Shown here one piece after another: positions 47,548 through 57,387 of a stretch of 64,000 nt of DNA (its first letter is position 1; each line of letters starts with the position of its first letter). Source of the DNA: an uncultured Methanobacteriaceae archaeon (lineage in GTDB: Archaea; Methanobacteriota; Methanobacteria; Methanobacteriales; Methanobacteriaceae); assembly GCA_963845285.1 (NCBI GenBank), contig CAWJRO010000016.1, positions 53,908 through 117,907 on the forward strand, in the 5' to 3' direction. The notes below the pieces were generated by a model. The model was not told the origin of the DNA and ran no database searches. It saw only the letters and a program-made list of their open reading frames with translations. The translations under genes and the position numbers were made by a program.

Positions 47548-47741
47548 GATTATGCTTGTTTTTAATTAAATTTAAGTTTATTTTTAATATTCATTGGATT
47601 TTCTTTACCCAAATTTTTAGGACATACTTATCAAATTTATTGAACATTCCCTTTAATCATTCATGGCACAACTCTTTGTTGAATAAATAAAATGAAAAAA
47701 TAAAGAGTTTTTTTATGTGATGGCTACGATGTTCATCTTTT

Positions 47742-48308
47742 TCAACTTAATTTTTTAATTAAAGTAGCCACATTAAAACCAAACTTCCTTATAGCCTTCA
47801 TTCCCTCCTTATCATCCTGCACTTCTCCAGGTGCCCATCCAAAAACCATATTCCAACTATTTGAACCTGGAACAATCATATCATTAATGAAAAAGAACAT
47901 TAACATTTCTTGTATAGTAGATGTGTGACCGCCTCTACGTGCAACTGCTACAGGGCCGCCAATTTTCCCTGATAAAAAATCATCATTAGATCCTGAGACC
48001 ATTCCTATTCTCTGCAACGCTGACATCATGTCTCCACGTGCAGTTCCAAAATAAACTGGTGTCCCCACAATAAAACCTTCAGATTCTCTAATTTTATTTA
48101 TAATATCGTTTAATCCGTCATTAATGCTGCATTCATTCAATTCATCACATTTTTTACAAGCAACGCATGATTTGATATCTTTACCTGCAAATGATATTAT
48201 TTCCGCTTTTAAACCTTCCTTCTCTATTACATTAGCACATTCCTCTAAAACTTGATATGTATTACCATTTGGACGTGGACTGGCACATAATAACAGAACT
48301 TTTTTCAT
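47742..48308 (-). CDS. iron-sulfur flavoprotein / NADPH-dependent FMN reductase family
   Basis: Flavodoxin-like fold (LLLCASPRPNGNT). Compact Cys cluster CVACKKCDELNEC typical of archaeal Isf proteins. 188 aa. Confidence 0.75.
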   Translation of the reverse strand: MKKVLLLCASPRPNGNTYQVLEECANVIEKEGLKAEIISFAGKDIKSCVACKKCDELNECSINDGLNDIINKIRESEGFIVGTPVYFGTARGDMMSALQRIGMVSGSNDDFLSGKIGGPVAVARRGGHTSTIQEMLMFFFINDMIVPGSNSWNMVFGWAPGEVQDDKEGMKAIRKFGFNVATLIKKLS

Positions 48309-48521
48309 ATAACTTCACCTCTTAAACTTATTTGTGTTCCATTTATCTTTATTTGGACTTGAATTAATTGCTATTACTCTCATTGTTTTTCTGATGAGCA
48401 ACTGCACAATTCAATTCTTGTAACAAATGCCATGATGTTCAGCAGAGTTTTAAAAACTGCAGAATGGATCAAAACCCTTGAATAACTCCTATATTAAATA
48501 TACTGTATTTTCAGGTTATGT

Positions 48522-48628
48522 GAGGTTGTCTCATAATTCAAAATCTGCAAAAAAATAAGGACAAATAAGGTTTTAAACTCGAAAATAAGCAAAATTACAC
48601 ATGTTAAAAGTAATCATGAGACACCCTC
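48522..48628. mobile_element. MITE (type 1, inverted orientation)
   Basis: GAGGTTGTCTCATAATTC...AATCATGAGACACCCTC. Reverse complement of the 27992-28097 element. ATGT on both flanks (4-bp TSD). Confidence 0.75.
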
Positions 48629-48876
48629 ATGTATTAAAAAAATAAATATTTTCTTAGGAGGGATTGCACCTATGGTAATGCAAATAATAATGATTATGTA
48701 TTTAATATAAAATAATGAACACACAAATATAGTCTCAGCTAACAATTCAGAGATTGTTTTGGAAACATTTAAAATTGAAATAAAATTTGTAGAATCATTT
48801 CAAACCCATTAATTATTCATTAATATGAATTACTTTAAAGAAAAAAAGGCAGATCAGTCTTAATGAGGTTATATAA

Positions 48877-49776
48877 ATGTTGTATGGAATTGTGGATATT
48901 GGTTCAAACACAGTTAGATTGAATGTTTATCGTTATGAAAATAATGAGATAAGCCTTATGTTTTCAAAAAAAGAAAATTTAGGTTTAGTCTTTTATATAA
49001 AGAAAGAAAAATTGACTGATGAGGGTATTGAAAAATTGGTTTCTGTTCTTAAAGAAATGAAAAATGATTTAGACTATCTCAAAATAAAAAATTACAGCTT
49101 CTTTTCTACTGCTTCATTGAGAAATATTCAAAACCGTGCTGATGTTGTTCAAATTATTGAAGATAAAGTCCATACTGAAATTGATGTGTTATCTGGTGAG
49201 GAAGAGGGAACATTAAGCTTTTGTGGATCTATTTCTACTATTAAAAATGATAACGGGATTTTAATTGATGTGGGTGGGGGCAGTATTGAAATCGTGCTTT
49301 TTAAAAATAGAAAAATAAAGAAAACATACAGTATTCCTATTGGTTCTTTAAAAATTTATAACAATTATGTTTCTGAGCTGATACCTACCGAAGAAGAGAG
49401 TAATTTGATTAAAGAAAAAATATACTCTAAATTAGATAAAATTGGTTTTAATGAAAAGAAAATTCTTTTTATGTGTGGTGTGGGTGGAAATATTCGTACC
49501 ATTGAAAAAATGTTAGTGGATTTACATTTACATGATAATAAAGGCGATTTAGTAGATGTTAAATTATTAAAACAACTTAAAAAGGAATTGAACCATAATA
49601 ATAAAGATACCTATAACAAAATATTACATGTTAAACCATCAAGAATCCATACTCTAGTCCCCTCTTTGATAATAGTTGAATCAATTGTTTCTTATTTTGG
49701 ATGTGAAGAACTGCAAATCAGTAACTTTAGTGTTAGGGAAGGCTATTTATTTAGAAAGATGTTAAATAGGTGTTAA
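48877..49776 (+). CDS. ppx: Ppx/GppA family exopolyphosphatase
   Basis: YGIVDIGSNTVRLNVY and ...IDVGGGSIE actin-like ATPase motifs. 299 aa. Its stop is 2 bp before the ppk start. Confidence 0.85.
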   Translation: MLYGIVDIGSNTVRLNVYRYENNEISLMFSKKENLGLVFYIKKEKLTDEGIEKLVSVLKEMKNDLDYLKIKNYSFFSTASLRNIQNRADVVQIIEDKVHTEIDVLSGEEEGTLSFCGSISTIKNDNGILIDVGGGSIEIVLFKNRKIKKTYSIPIGSLKIYNNYVSELIPTEEESNLIKEKIYSKLDKIGFNEKKILFMCGVGGNIRTIEKMLVDLHLHDNKGDLVDVKLLKQLKKELNHNNKDTYNKILHVKPSRIHTLVPSLIIVESIVSYFGCEELQISNFSVREGYLFRKMLNRC

Positions 49777-49777
49777 A

Positions 49778-51910
49778 ATGTCTGAAAATGACTATAGTTT
49801 CACCCAAAACCGTGAGTTATCCTGGTTAAGATTTAATGATCGTGTTTTAGAAGAAGCAGAGGATACTTCTGTTCCCCTATTAGAACGTTTGAAGTTCGTG
49901 TCAATTTTTACAAGTAATTTAGATGAATTTTATATGATTCGATGTGGAAGTTTATATGATCTATCCCTCATCGATGGGAATTACGTTGATAATAAAACCG
50001 GTTTAAGTGCACAAGATCAGCTGGATGCTATCTATGATAGGTCCAAATTCTTATATGAACGTAGAGATGAAGTATTTAAATCTGTCAATTCTCTCCTAAA
50101 AGAGCAGGGCATTTATGATTTGGATTTTGAGGATTTGACTAAAAGTGAAACTAAATTTATTAATAAATATTTCTTCAATTATATTTTTCCAGTTTTATCT
50201 CCCCAAATCATCGATGTTCAACATCCCTTTCCTCACCTATTAAACAAATCCTTAAATGTTATGTGTATAGTGAAAGATAAAGAGGGCAAAAATTTATATG
50301 GACTTATTCCTATCCCTTCTTCTTTACCTAAGATTGTTTATTCCCCCAAAGATGGAATGCGTTTTATTTTGATAGAAAAAATAATATATGAATATGCTAA
50401 TGAAATCTTTTCAAATTATCAAATAGAATTTAAAACCATTGCCTCTGTGACTAGAAATGCAGATATTACTTTATCTAATTCTCAAATTGATGAAGATGAA
50501 GATTACAGAGGACACATGAAAAAAATTTTAAAGAAAAGAACTCGTTTAGCACCAATAAGATTAGAATTCTACAAATATTCTGACTCAAAATTAACAGAAT
50601 TTTTATCTGATCAACTAAATCTTCAAAAAAATCAGGTACAAATCTCTAATACTCCTTTAGATATGATTTATGTATCTGAATTATATGAACATATTAAAGA
50701 TGTAAATCTACTAACCTTTCATAAATTATCCTTTAATCCCTACTATCCCAAAATACCAAAAACTCTTAAAGAAGGAAATCTTATTTCTCAGTTAAAAAAG
50801 AGAGAAATCTTACTTTTTTATCCCTATGAATCTATGAAACCCTTTTTAAACCTATTGAAAGAAGCAGCTAATGATAAAAACGTGATATCCGTCCAAATTA
50901 CAATTTACAGACTAGCTCAGTCTTCATCAGTGATAAAATATTTATTAGAAGCATGCGAAAATGGAAAAAATGTGACTGTTTTAATTGAACTTAGAGCCAG
51001 ATTCGATGAAGAGAGGAATATTCATTATGCGGGTTTATTAGAAGAAGCAGGTTGTAGGGTTTTGTACGGGTTTGGAGAGTATAAAGTTCATTCAAAAATT
51101 TGTTTAATTAAGCGAAAAGAAAAGAATAAAATTCAATATATTACTCAATTAGGAACTGGTAATTACAATGAAAAAACCTGTAAATTATACACTGATTTAA
51201 GTTTTATCACCACAAATCATGTAATTGGCGAAGATGCAATGTTATTCTTCACAAACATGGCAATTTCTAATTTAAATGGTGAGTATAAAAAGTTGTTCGT
51301 TGCTCCTTTTGGATTAAAACCTAAATTAATCGAAAAAATTAATGTGGAAATAGAAAATGCCAAGAATAATCGTCCAGCCAATATTATCCTGAAAATGAAT
51401 TCTTTAACAGATAGGGAACTAATTGACATGCTAAGTAAAGCTTCTAATGCAGGTGTGAAAATTAGATTGATAGTTAGGGGTATTTGTTGTTTAGTTCCGG
51501 GATTACCTGGTAAAACTGAAAATATAGAGGTCATTAGTATTGTAGGTAGGTTCTTAGAGCACGCCAGGATTTATTGTTTTGGTACTGGAAAAGACATTTC
51601 AATATATTTATCCAGTGCCGATTTAATGACAAGAAATACTGAAAAACGGGTTGAAATTACTTTTCCTATTGAAAATTTAATTTTAAAGAAAAAAATTATC
51701 CATATATTAGATATTATGCTTAATGACAATGTTAAAGCTAGAAAAATTAATGATAAAGGAGAATATGAAAGAGTTATTAGAAGTGTTGATTTAATTGATT
51801 CTCAATATTATTTTACGCAGGATGATCTCTCACAATTTGAAGAAAACCAGATTGTAGAAGAATCATTTTTCTCTAAACTAAAAAATTTATTTAAAACGAG
51901 TGGAAAATAG
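49778..51910 (+). CDS. ppk: polyphosphate kinase 1
   Basis: RELSWLRFNDRVLEEAED N-terminus. Two PLD-like HKD-containing C-terminal domains. 710 aa. Confidence 0.9.
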   Translation: MSENDYSFTQNRELSWLRFNDRVLEEAEDTSVPLLERLKFVSIFTSNLDEFYMIRCGSLYDLSLIDGNYVDNKTGLSAQDQLDAIYDRSKFLYERRDEVFKSVNSLLKEQGIYDLDFEDLTKSETKFINKYFFNYIFPVLSPQIIDVQHPFPHLLNKSLNVMCIVKDKEGKNLYGLIPIPSSLPKIVYSPKDGMRFILIEKIIYEYANEIFSNYQIEFKTIASVTRNADITLSNSQIDEDEDYRGHMKKILKKRTRLAPIRLEFYKYSDSKLTEFLSDQLNLQKNQVQISNTPLDMIYVSELYEHIKDVNLLTFHKLSFNPYYPKIPKTLKEGNLISQLKKREILLFYPYESMKPFLNLLKEAANDKNVISVQITIYRLAQSSSVIKYLLEACENGKNVTVLIELRARFDEERNIHYAGLLEEAGCRVLYGFGEYKVHSKICLIKRKEKNKIQYITQLGTGNYNEKTCKLYTDLSFITTNHVIGEDAMLFFTNMAISNLNGEYKKLFVAPFGLKPKLIEKINVEIENAKNNRPANIILKMNSLTDRELIDMLSKASNAGVKIRLIVRGICCLVPGLPGKTENIEVISIVGRFLEHARIYCFGTGKDISIYLSSADLMTRNTEKRVEITFPIENLILKKKIIHILDIMLNDNVKARKINDKGEYERVIRSVDLIDSQYYFTQDDLSQFEENQIVEESFFSKLKNLFKTSGK

Positions 51911-51948
51911 TAAATTTCCACTCACAAAGAAGCTTTATTGGCCGAAAA

Positions 51949-52413
51949 TTAGAATATCACACTGAATTTACGAATCAAATCCCCTATCTTTTTATCCCTA
52001 CTTTTGTTCCAGACCACGATGTCTGTTCCAACTATGGTTCCTCCCTTGGATTGGCAGATCTTTTTCATCTTGCCAATGGCCTGATTTCCACCTGTCCAGT
52101 TAAATGGGACGCCCTTGGTTACAAAAAGAGCTATATTTTTACTTTGAAGTGATGGAATCTGCTCTAGATAAGCCTTCATTGCGGGTGCCAGGGAAAATGC
52201 ATGTACCGGCGATCCGAATATCAATGCATCGTACTTTTCCACATCAGGTAGAGTTTCGAATTTAATATCCTTTGAACCGGGATGCACTTCGCCTGAGGGT
52301 ACGACTCTTTCTATTTCAACTTCTTTTCCCTTTTCTTGAAGCTTTTCCTGGAGTTTCTGGGCCACAGAATACGTATGTTCAGTTTGGGAATACACTAAAA
52401 TTCCTATTTTCAT
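51949..52413 (-). CDS. flavodoxin
   Basis: MKIGILVYSQTEHTY...FGSPV FMN-binding motifs. 154 aa. Confidence 0.8.
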   Translation of the reverse strand: MKIGILVYSQTEHTYSVAQKLQEKLQEKGKEVEIERVVPSGEVHPGSKDIKFETLPDVEKYDALIFGSPVHAFSLAPAMKAYLEQIPSLQSKNIALFVTKGVPFNWTGGNQAIGKMKKICQSKGGTIVGTDIVVWNKSRDKKIGDLIRKFSVIF

Positions 52414-52607
52414 ACCAAATCCTCCTACATGTTCGATCTGCTCTATTTATTGAAACTTGGCCGCACTTAAATGATTTTATGAGATATAAATGTTAAGAAG
52501 ATACTATGAATGGATTTCTTCATTAATTTCTGATTCTGAACTCCTGATTCCGAGCTCTTCTCAAACTACATATTATAATATGAGCTTTTTAATTAAAATA
52601 TAATACT

Positions 52608-52961
52608 ATGAAAATAATTTACATCGAATGTGATGAAAAATCTCTGGACTCGATCCAGCCATTGTGGGATAAATTGAGACAGCACCACCACAAAAAATCA
52701 GAGAACTTTCGTGAACATTACAAGGATTTTGATTTCCAGGAGCGAAAGGAAACCCTGCTTAAAAAGTTTGCAGGGGGTTCTTTAAGGGTTGACCTTGCAA
52801 AAGATATTTCTGAAGACCGGGTTGTTGGTTACTGTGTGAGCTCAATATTCTCTGAAATGGAAGGAGAAGTTGATTTTATCTACGTTGAAGAAGAGTATAG
52901 ATCAAATGGTATATGGGGCTCTTTCCATGCTGTTTTTTCTCGATCATTCTTATCTTCCTAG
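52608..52961 (+). pseudogene. GNAT-family N-acetyltransferase, C-terminally truncated (motif B region missing)
   Basis: 117 aa. The ORF ends right after a degenerate motif A (VEEEYRSNGIWG). The next 3.5 kb are the inserted minus-strand cassette. Confidence 0.55.
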
Positions 52962-53044
52962 AATGACAAACCTTTTCACAAGTTCCGCAACTGAATAATT
53001 TAAATCTGATAAAAATTAATATCATAAAGTCTATATTACTAAGC

Positions 53045-54409
53045 TTAAAAATACATAGCGCACTTTTTTCTATTCTTTCTACTTCTTGTTTTTTTAATTT
53101 GGGATAAGGATCTATTTAAAGGAGATAACTGCACATCATTGAAATCTTTATTAAGTCTAAGATATTGTATATTTGATAAATATTTAGGAGGTTCAACATC
53201 ATCAATAACAATTGGAATAATATTCATTTTTCCATCTAAAGCCCTAATTATGGCTTGTTCACTTTCTTTCCTAACCCATTCAGACTTTATGGAGTTTTCT
53301 GATGAAACAATAATCATGCAATCCGAATTCTCAATTGCTTCAGAAATTTTTTGGGTTAATATAGTGCCAGATTTTATTTGTTCCTCTGCTAACCATGGAG
53401 AATAACCATTTTGTCTTAAAAATTCTGCAATACGCCTCAATAATTTTATATCTTGGAAAGAACCACTAATAAATACTTTTATTTTGTCTTGTTCACTGTC
53501 GGGATATGGCTTTATCTCATCTTCTTCCCTATTAACTTGTATAGTAAGTTCTCGTAAAAATTCAGTTACTTGTGTATGATTTATGTCCTTTTTGTATTCT
53601 AATACTTCTAATCTTTTATCTAAAGCAAATCTACGTCTTTCTATAGGATTCATCGTTCCAGAAGGTAATAAAATATAATGTTTTTCTAATGTCCTTGAGT
53701 AAATCGACGCTAATTTATCGAGAATATTATTTAAATCTGGATCATCACCACTAAAGCCTACAAAGATAACTGTGTGAGTAGAGAACAATGTTTCAATAAA
53801 CTGCTTATACCCCGGAGTTCTAAAAAGTAAATCTTGGTAATCTCTACTTCCAAGTACAATAGTAGAAGGTCTATCAAAATGACCATGTAACTTAAATATA
53901 AAAAAATCGTCTCGCTGTAAAATCTGATGTCTTTCGACTAAATCTTCCTGTGTGAATACCATTGGGAGCCTTCCTTCTTCCTCAATTGAATAAGCTCCTT
54001 CAATTAATGAATCATAATTAGTCGTTAAAATAGCCCTGAAAGGAATATGTGGTAATAAACGATGTGTTTCAGATGGAAGAACTAATTTATCCCTAAAAAT
54101 TGAATTAAGGAATTTACCCATGATAGAAACTCCTACCCTATCCTGAAGTTCTTGGGCGGCCATGATAAAATTGCCTTTTTTAATCATATCCCTAATAAAT
54201 TCAGGATCATCCCAAAACTCAACTTTTTTTAAAATTGCATAATCCAACAATTCAGTTAAAAATTTTTCCCAATTTGGTAACCGTCGCATATTTGATCTAG
54301 TTACTTTAGAAGAGAGACCAGAACCAACAAAAAGAATACATTTATTTGATTTCAACGAATCAATTATTTCTGGAGGAATTATGCCTTCAAATTTAGATTC
54401 TTTTTCCAT
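53045..54409 (-). CDS. SIR2-like (DHS-like NAD-binding, SIR2_2 type) - TIR domain fusion protein; predicted NAD+-degrading defence effector
   Basis: 454 aa. N-terminal domain: ILFVGSGLS, TTNYDSLIE (conserved Asn), FKLHGHFDRP (conserved His) and IFVGFSGDDPDL match the ThsA/DSR-type SIR2 signature. C-terminal ~140 aa: KVFISGSF..., ...AIENSDCMIIVSSENSIKSEWVRKESEQAI is a TIR domain. Confidence 0.75.
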   Translation of the reverse strand: MEKESKFEGIIPPEIIDSLKSNKCILFVGSGLSSKVTRSNMRRLPNWEKFLTELLDYAILKKVEFWDDPEFIRDMIKKGNFIMAAQELQDRVGVSIMGKFLNSIFRDKLVLPSETHRLLPHIPFRAILTTNYDSLIEGAYSIEEEGRLPMVFTQEDLVERHQILQRDDFFIFKLHGHFDRPSTIVLGSRDYQDLLFRTPGYKQFIETLFSTHTVIFVGFSGDDPDLNNILDKLASIYSRTLEKHYILLPSGTMNPIERRRFALDKRLEVLEYKKDINHTQVTEFLRELTIQVNREEDEIKPYPDSEQDKIKVFISGSFQDIKLLRRIAEFLRQNGYSPWLAEEQIKSGTILTQKISEAIENSDCMIIVSSENSIKSEWVRKESEQAIIRALDGKMNIIPIVIDDVEPPKYLSNIQYLRLNKDFNDVQLSPLNRSLSQIKKTRSRKNRKKCAMYF

Positions 54410-54448
54410 TTAAATCCCTTTACACATATTTAAAGATAAATTAATAAT

Positions 54449-56356
54449 TTAAATTTTTTCCCAATTCTTATAAATGGTTTCATTTTCATTTTTTTCCATT
54501 ACATTTATTGAAGCACAATTTTTATTAATTATCATATACCCCGTGGCTTCATGGACTTTGTTAATAGTTGGAGATACAACATTAGAGTTATATTCAGTAA
54601 TATGTTCAATTTTTATTTTATAAGTTCCAACTAATTTTTCAACAGTTCCTTCAATCTTTATAGATCTATATTTAGTAAGTTCTTCAGAATTTGAATTAGA
54701 AATAATCCATTCTTCAGAGTCTTTGGACTTTATCATTTTTTGATTGACTTTAAAAGTGTTTTCATCTTCATTATATCTTAAATTCAAATTTCCCCAAGGA
54801 GTTTCCCAATTGCCTTCAAGTTTATCTTTAATTACATGATTATTATCTAAAAAAGCTTCCGAATATTTAACTCGGAATTCTCTTTCATTTTCAGCTTCAA
54901 CTAATATTTCTCTTTCTTTATTATCTTCATTTTCTAATATTTGTTTTAGTCTATTTTTAGCATTACCAATATTTCCATGAACATCTACTCCTTCATTAGA
55001 AAGTTCATTGGCATTATCAATTTCATTCTTTGCATCTTGAATAAATCCTTTATCTAAATATTTCTGAGCAATATTAGCCATTGCAAGAGTTACATTATGT
55101 TCTTTTGCTTTAAAATAACTTTTTATACTCTTTCCGGGAATATCAAGAGCACCATATTGGACACCTAAGTTGTTTAATCCCATAGGTGATTCTATTGCAT
55201 TTGTAAGCTTTTTATAGTGGAGTAAAGATAATTTTTGATGATTTTTGTGGCTATATTGATAAGCTAAATTAAATCTTAAATCTGTATCCGACGGATCTAT
55301 ATCTAGTGCCATTTCTCCATAAATGAAAAATTTATCTAAATCATTACATCTTTTTGACACTCTTGCTAGCATAGAGAGAATTTTAGCTTTATTTTCTTCA
55401 AATATATCTTTATATAAAATTTCGGAAATCAGATCAATAGCTTCTTTACATTTACCATCAAAAATTAAGCACGAAGCAGCTTTATTGTAACATTCAATAA
55501 TTAATTCTTTCTCTTTTTCATCGTTAATATCGTATAAATCTTTCATAATTAAAAATTGCTCTTTAGATTTCTTATATTCTCCCATATCATAATATCTATT
55601 AGCCAAATGTGATATAACTGCAGGATTATCTTTATTAATATTAACATGCCTTATTAATTTTTTAAATGCAGTTGAATCACCTATTTCATGGCAACATCTT
55701 AAAACAAATGCATTTATAATGGGTTTTTCATCATTAGAAAGAATAGGTTCAAGTTCGTCAGTGTATATCTCTTGAACTTTCTCATAATCCTTTTCATTCT
55801 TTATTGCATTAAATAACTTCTCAAAAGCTTCATCTTTTCCCTCTTTGATATTATTTATCGTTCCAGTTTCTTCGGCAATATCCTCCTTTAATTCTATATC
55901 TCCGGAAATTGACTCCAATTGTTCTTCTTTTAATGAATGGATTATTTCATTTAGTTTAATAAATGCTTCATCTAAAGAGTTTCTATTGAAATAAACCAAC
56001 TCCAAATCGCCTTGAAGTTCTGGAAATTTGTAAATTGTCTTTTTTTCTTCTTTCTCGACTAATAATATTAATCCTTTTTTATTCCCTATTGCAAACCCCG
56101 ATTCCTGAATAACCCAATTAGATGTAGTATAATATTCTTTATCCCCAGTTAAACACTCAATTTTTTTATCAAATGTAAATATGCCTATGAATATATCATT
56201 ATTCAAAATTCTTTCCTTGACTTTACTAGCGATAGATTTATTTTGAGCTTTTTCACCAGTTTGATATTCTATATCTGTTGTACCTATGAATTTGAGTATT
56301 TTATTAATAACTTCCATATCTCCATCAGCAAAACTATGCCCTATAAACGCTTTCAA
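54449..56356 (-). CDS. TIR-like (ThsB/DUF1863-like flavodoxin fold) - TPR-like repeats - C-terminal beta-rich domain protein
   Basis: 635 aa. N-terminal ~105 aa have KAFIGHSFADGD...IFIGIFT...SNWVIQESGFAIG..ILLVEK, the TIR-like pattern phi-F-I-x-x-S...S-x-W-V-x-x-E. The middle has helical TPR-like repeats (YYDMGEYKKSKEQF, AYQYSHKNHQKLSLLHY). The C-terminal 150 aa have no recognisable family. The gene is 39 bp from the SIR2-TIR gene. Confidence 0.6.
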   Translation of the reverse strand: MKAFIGHSFADGDMEVINKILKFIGTTDIEYQTGEKAQNKSIASKVKERILNNDIFIGIFTFDKKIECLTGDKEYYTTSNWVIQESGFAIGNKKGLILLVEKEEKKTIYKFPELQGDLELVYFNRNSLDEAFIKLNEIIHSLKEEQLESISGDIELKEDIAEETGTINNIKEGKDEAFEKLFNAIKNEKDYEKVQEIYTDELEPILSNDEKPIINAFVLRCCHEIGDSTAFKKLIRHVNINKDNPAVISHLANRYYDMGEYKKSKEQFLIMKDLYDINDEKEKELIIECYNKAASCLIFDGKCKEAIDLISEILYKDIFEENKAKILSMLARVSKRCNDLDKFFIYGEMALDIDPSDTDLRFNLAYQYSHKNHQKLSLLHYKKLTNAIESPMGLNNLGVQYGALDIPGKSIKSYFKAKEHNVTLAMANIAQKYLDKGFIQDAKNEIDNANELSNEGVDVHGNIGNAKNRLKQILENEDNKEREILVEAENEREFRVKYSEAFLDNNHVIKDKLEGNWETPWGNLNLRYNEDENTFKVNQKMIKSKDSEEWIISNSNSEELTKYRSIKIEGTVEKLVGTYKIKIEHITEYNSNVVSPTINKVHEATGYMIINKNCASINVMEKNENETIYKNWEKI

Positions 56357-56466
56357 TAAAATTCCTCCAATAAACCTAAATATGACATCTATTTTTATTA
56401 TTAATAAAATATTACAATCAAATGGATATATAAAATATTATTTGAAGGAATTATTATGGAAATAGT

Positions 56467-56648
56467 TTACATTGAAAGAAAATGAAAAAAGACTTGGACT
56501 TGATTCAGTTTTGTGGATAAATTGAGACAGCACCACACAAAATCAGAGAACTTTTGTGACTATTATAAAGATTTTCCAAAAGGGAAGAAAACCTGCTTAA
56601 AAATTTGCAGGAGTTTATTTAAAGGGTTGACCTTGTAGAAAAAGTCAT
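56467..56648 (+). repeat. degenerate direct repeat of the 5' end of the GNAT gene (right boundary of inserted cassette)
   Basis: About 80% identical to 52620-52805 (…GGATAAATTGAGACAGCACCAC…TCAGAGAACTTT…CTGCTTAAAAA…TTTAAAGGGTTGACCTTG…), but with indels that destroy the reading frame. Confidence 0.7.
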
Positions 56649-56842
56649 AAAGAACTATTTTACCTGATTAAATCATTCCATTCCTTTTTAATTGAGTCTT
56701 TAGAATTTTTCACATATCCCGAATGAATCTTTTAAAATCCAATTTTTCTCCCTACTTTTTTAACATCATAAAATTCATTACTCATAATGTATTAATATAA
56801 TAGTAGAAGAATAACGAACAAAATTGAATAAAGGGGGATAAC

Positions 56843-57193
56843 ATGAGTTTTGTAGAAATTGCCACAACAGATGAATTAATGGATGGTAATATGAAAATGA
56901 CGAGTGTTTCCGGGCGTGAAATCCTTTTAGCAAGAGTAGGAGATAATTATTACAGTGCAGATAATCGCTGTCCACATATGGGCGGTAATCTATCAACTGG
57001 TAAACTTGAAGGAACAGTTTTGACCTGCCCTAAACATCACAGTCAATTTGATCTTACCGACGGCCATGTGATCCGCTGGACAGACTGGTCTGGACTTAAA
57101 TTATCCATAGGTAAACTATCAAAATCACCCCAGCCTCTTAAGACTTATGAAGTTAAAATAGATAACGATAAAATTCTTGTTGACGTGAAATAG
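56843..57193 (+). CDS. Rieske [2Fe-2S] domain protein
   Basis: CPHMGGNL...CPKHHSQF, the two CxH boxes of a Rieske ferredoxin. 116 aa. Confidence 0.85.
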   Translation: MSFVEIATTDELMDGNMKMTSVSGREILLARVGDNYYSADNRCPHMGGNLSTGKLEGTVLTCPKHHSQFDLTDGHVIRWTDWSGLKLSIGKLSKSPQPLKTYEVKIDNDKILVDVK

Positions 57194-57387
57194 CTATAAA
57201 CCAGATTTTTTAACTTGAAAACTTTTATGTATTCTCTCGTCCATTAATCCCTTTTTTTGTGGAAAATCAACTTCCAACATGTATTAAGTAGTTCTAGAAA
57301 TGATCTGCAACTTATTAATAAAATACCAAGATAAGAGTTAATTAAATATGGTATTAGGCATATATAAACAGGTATAGAGGTGTTAAC

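Noticed and set aside
46715-47565. Plus-strand ORFs (122 aa, 86 aa) overlapping the alpha/beta hydrolase gene
   Set aside because: Antisense to a gene with clear G-x-S-x-G hydrolase motifs.
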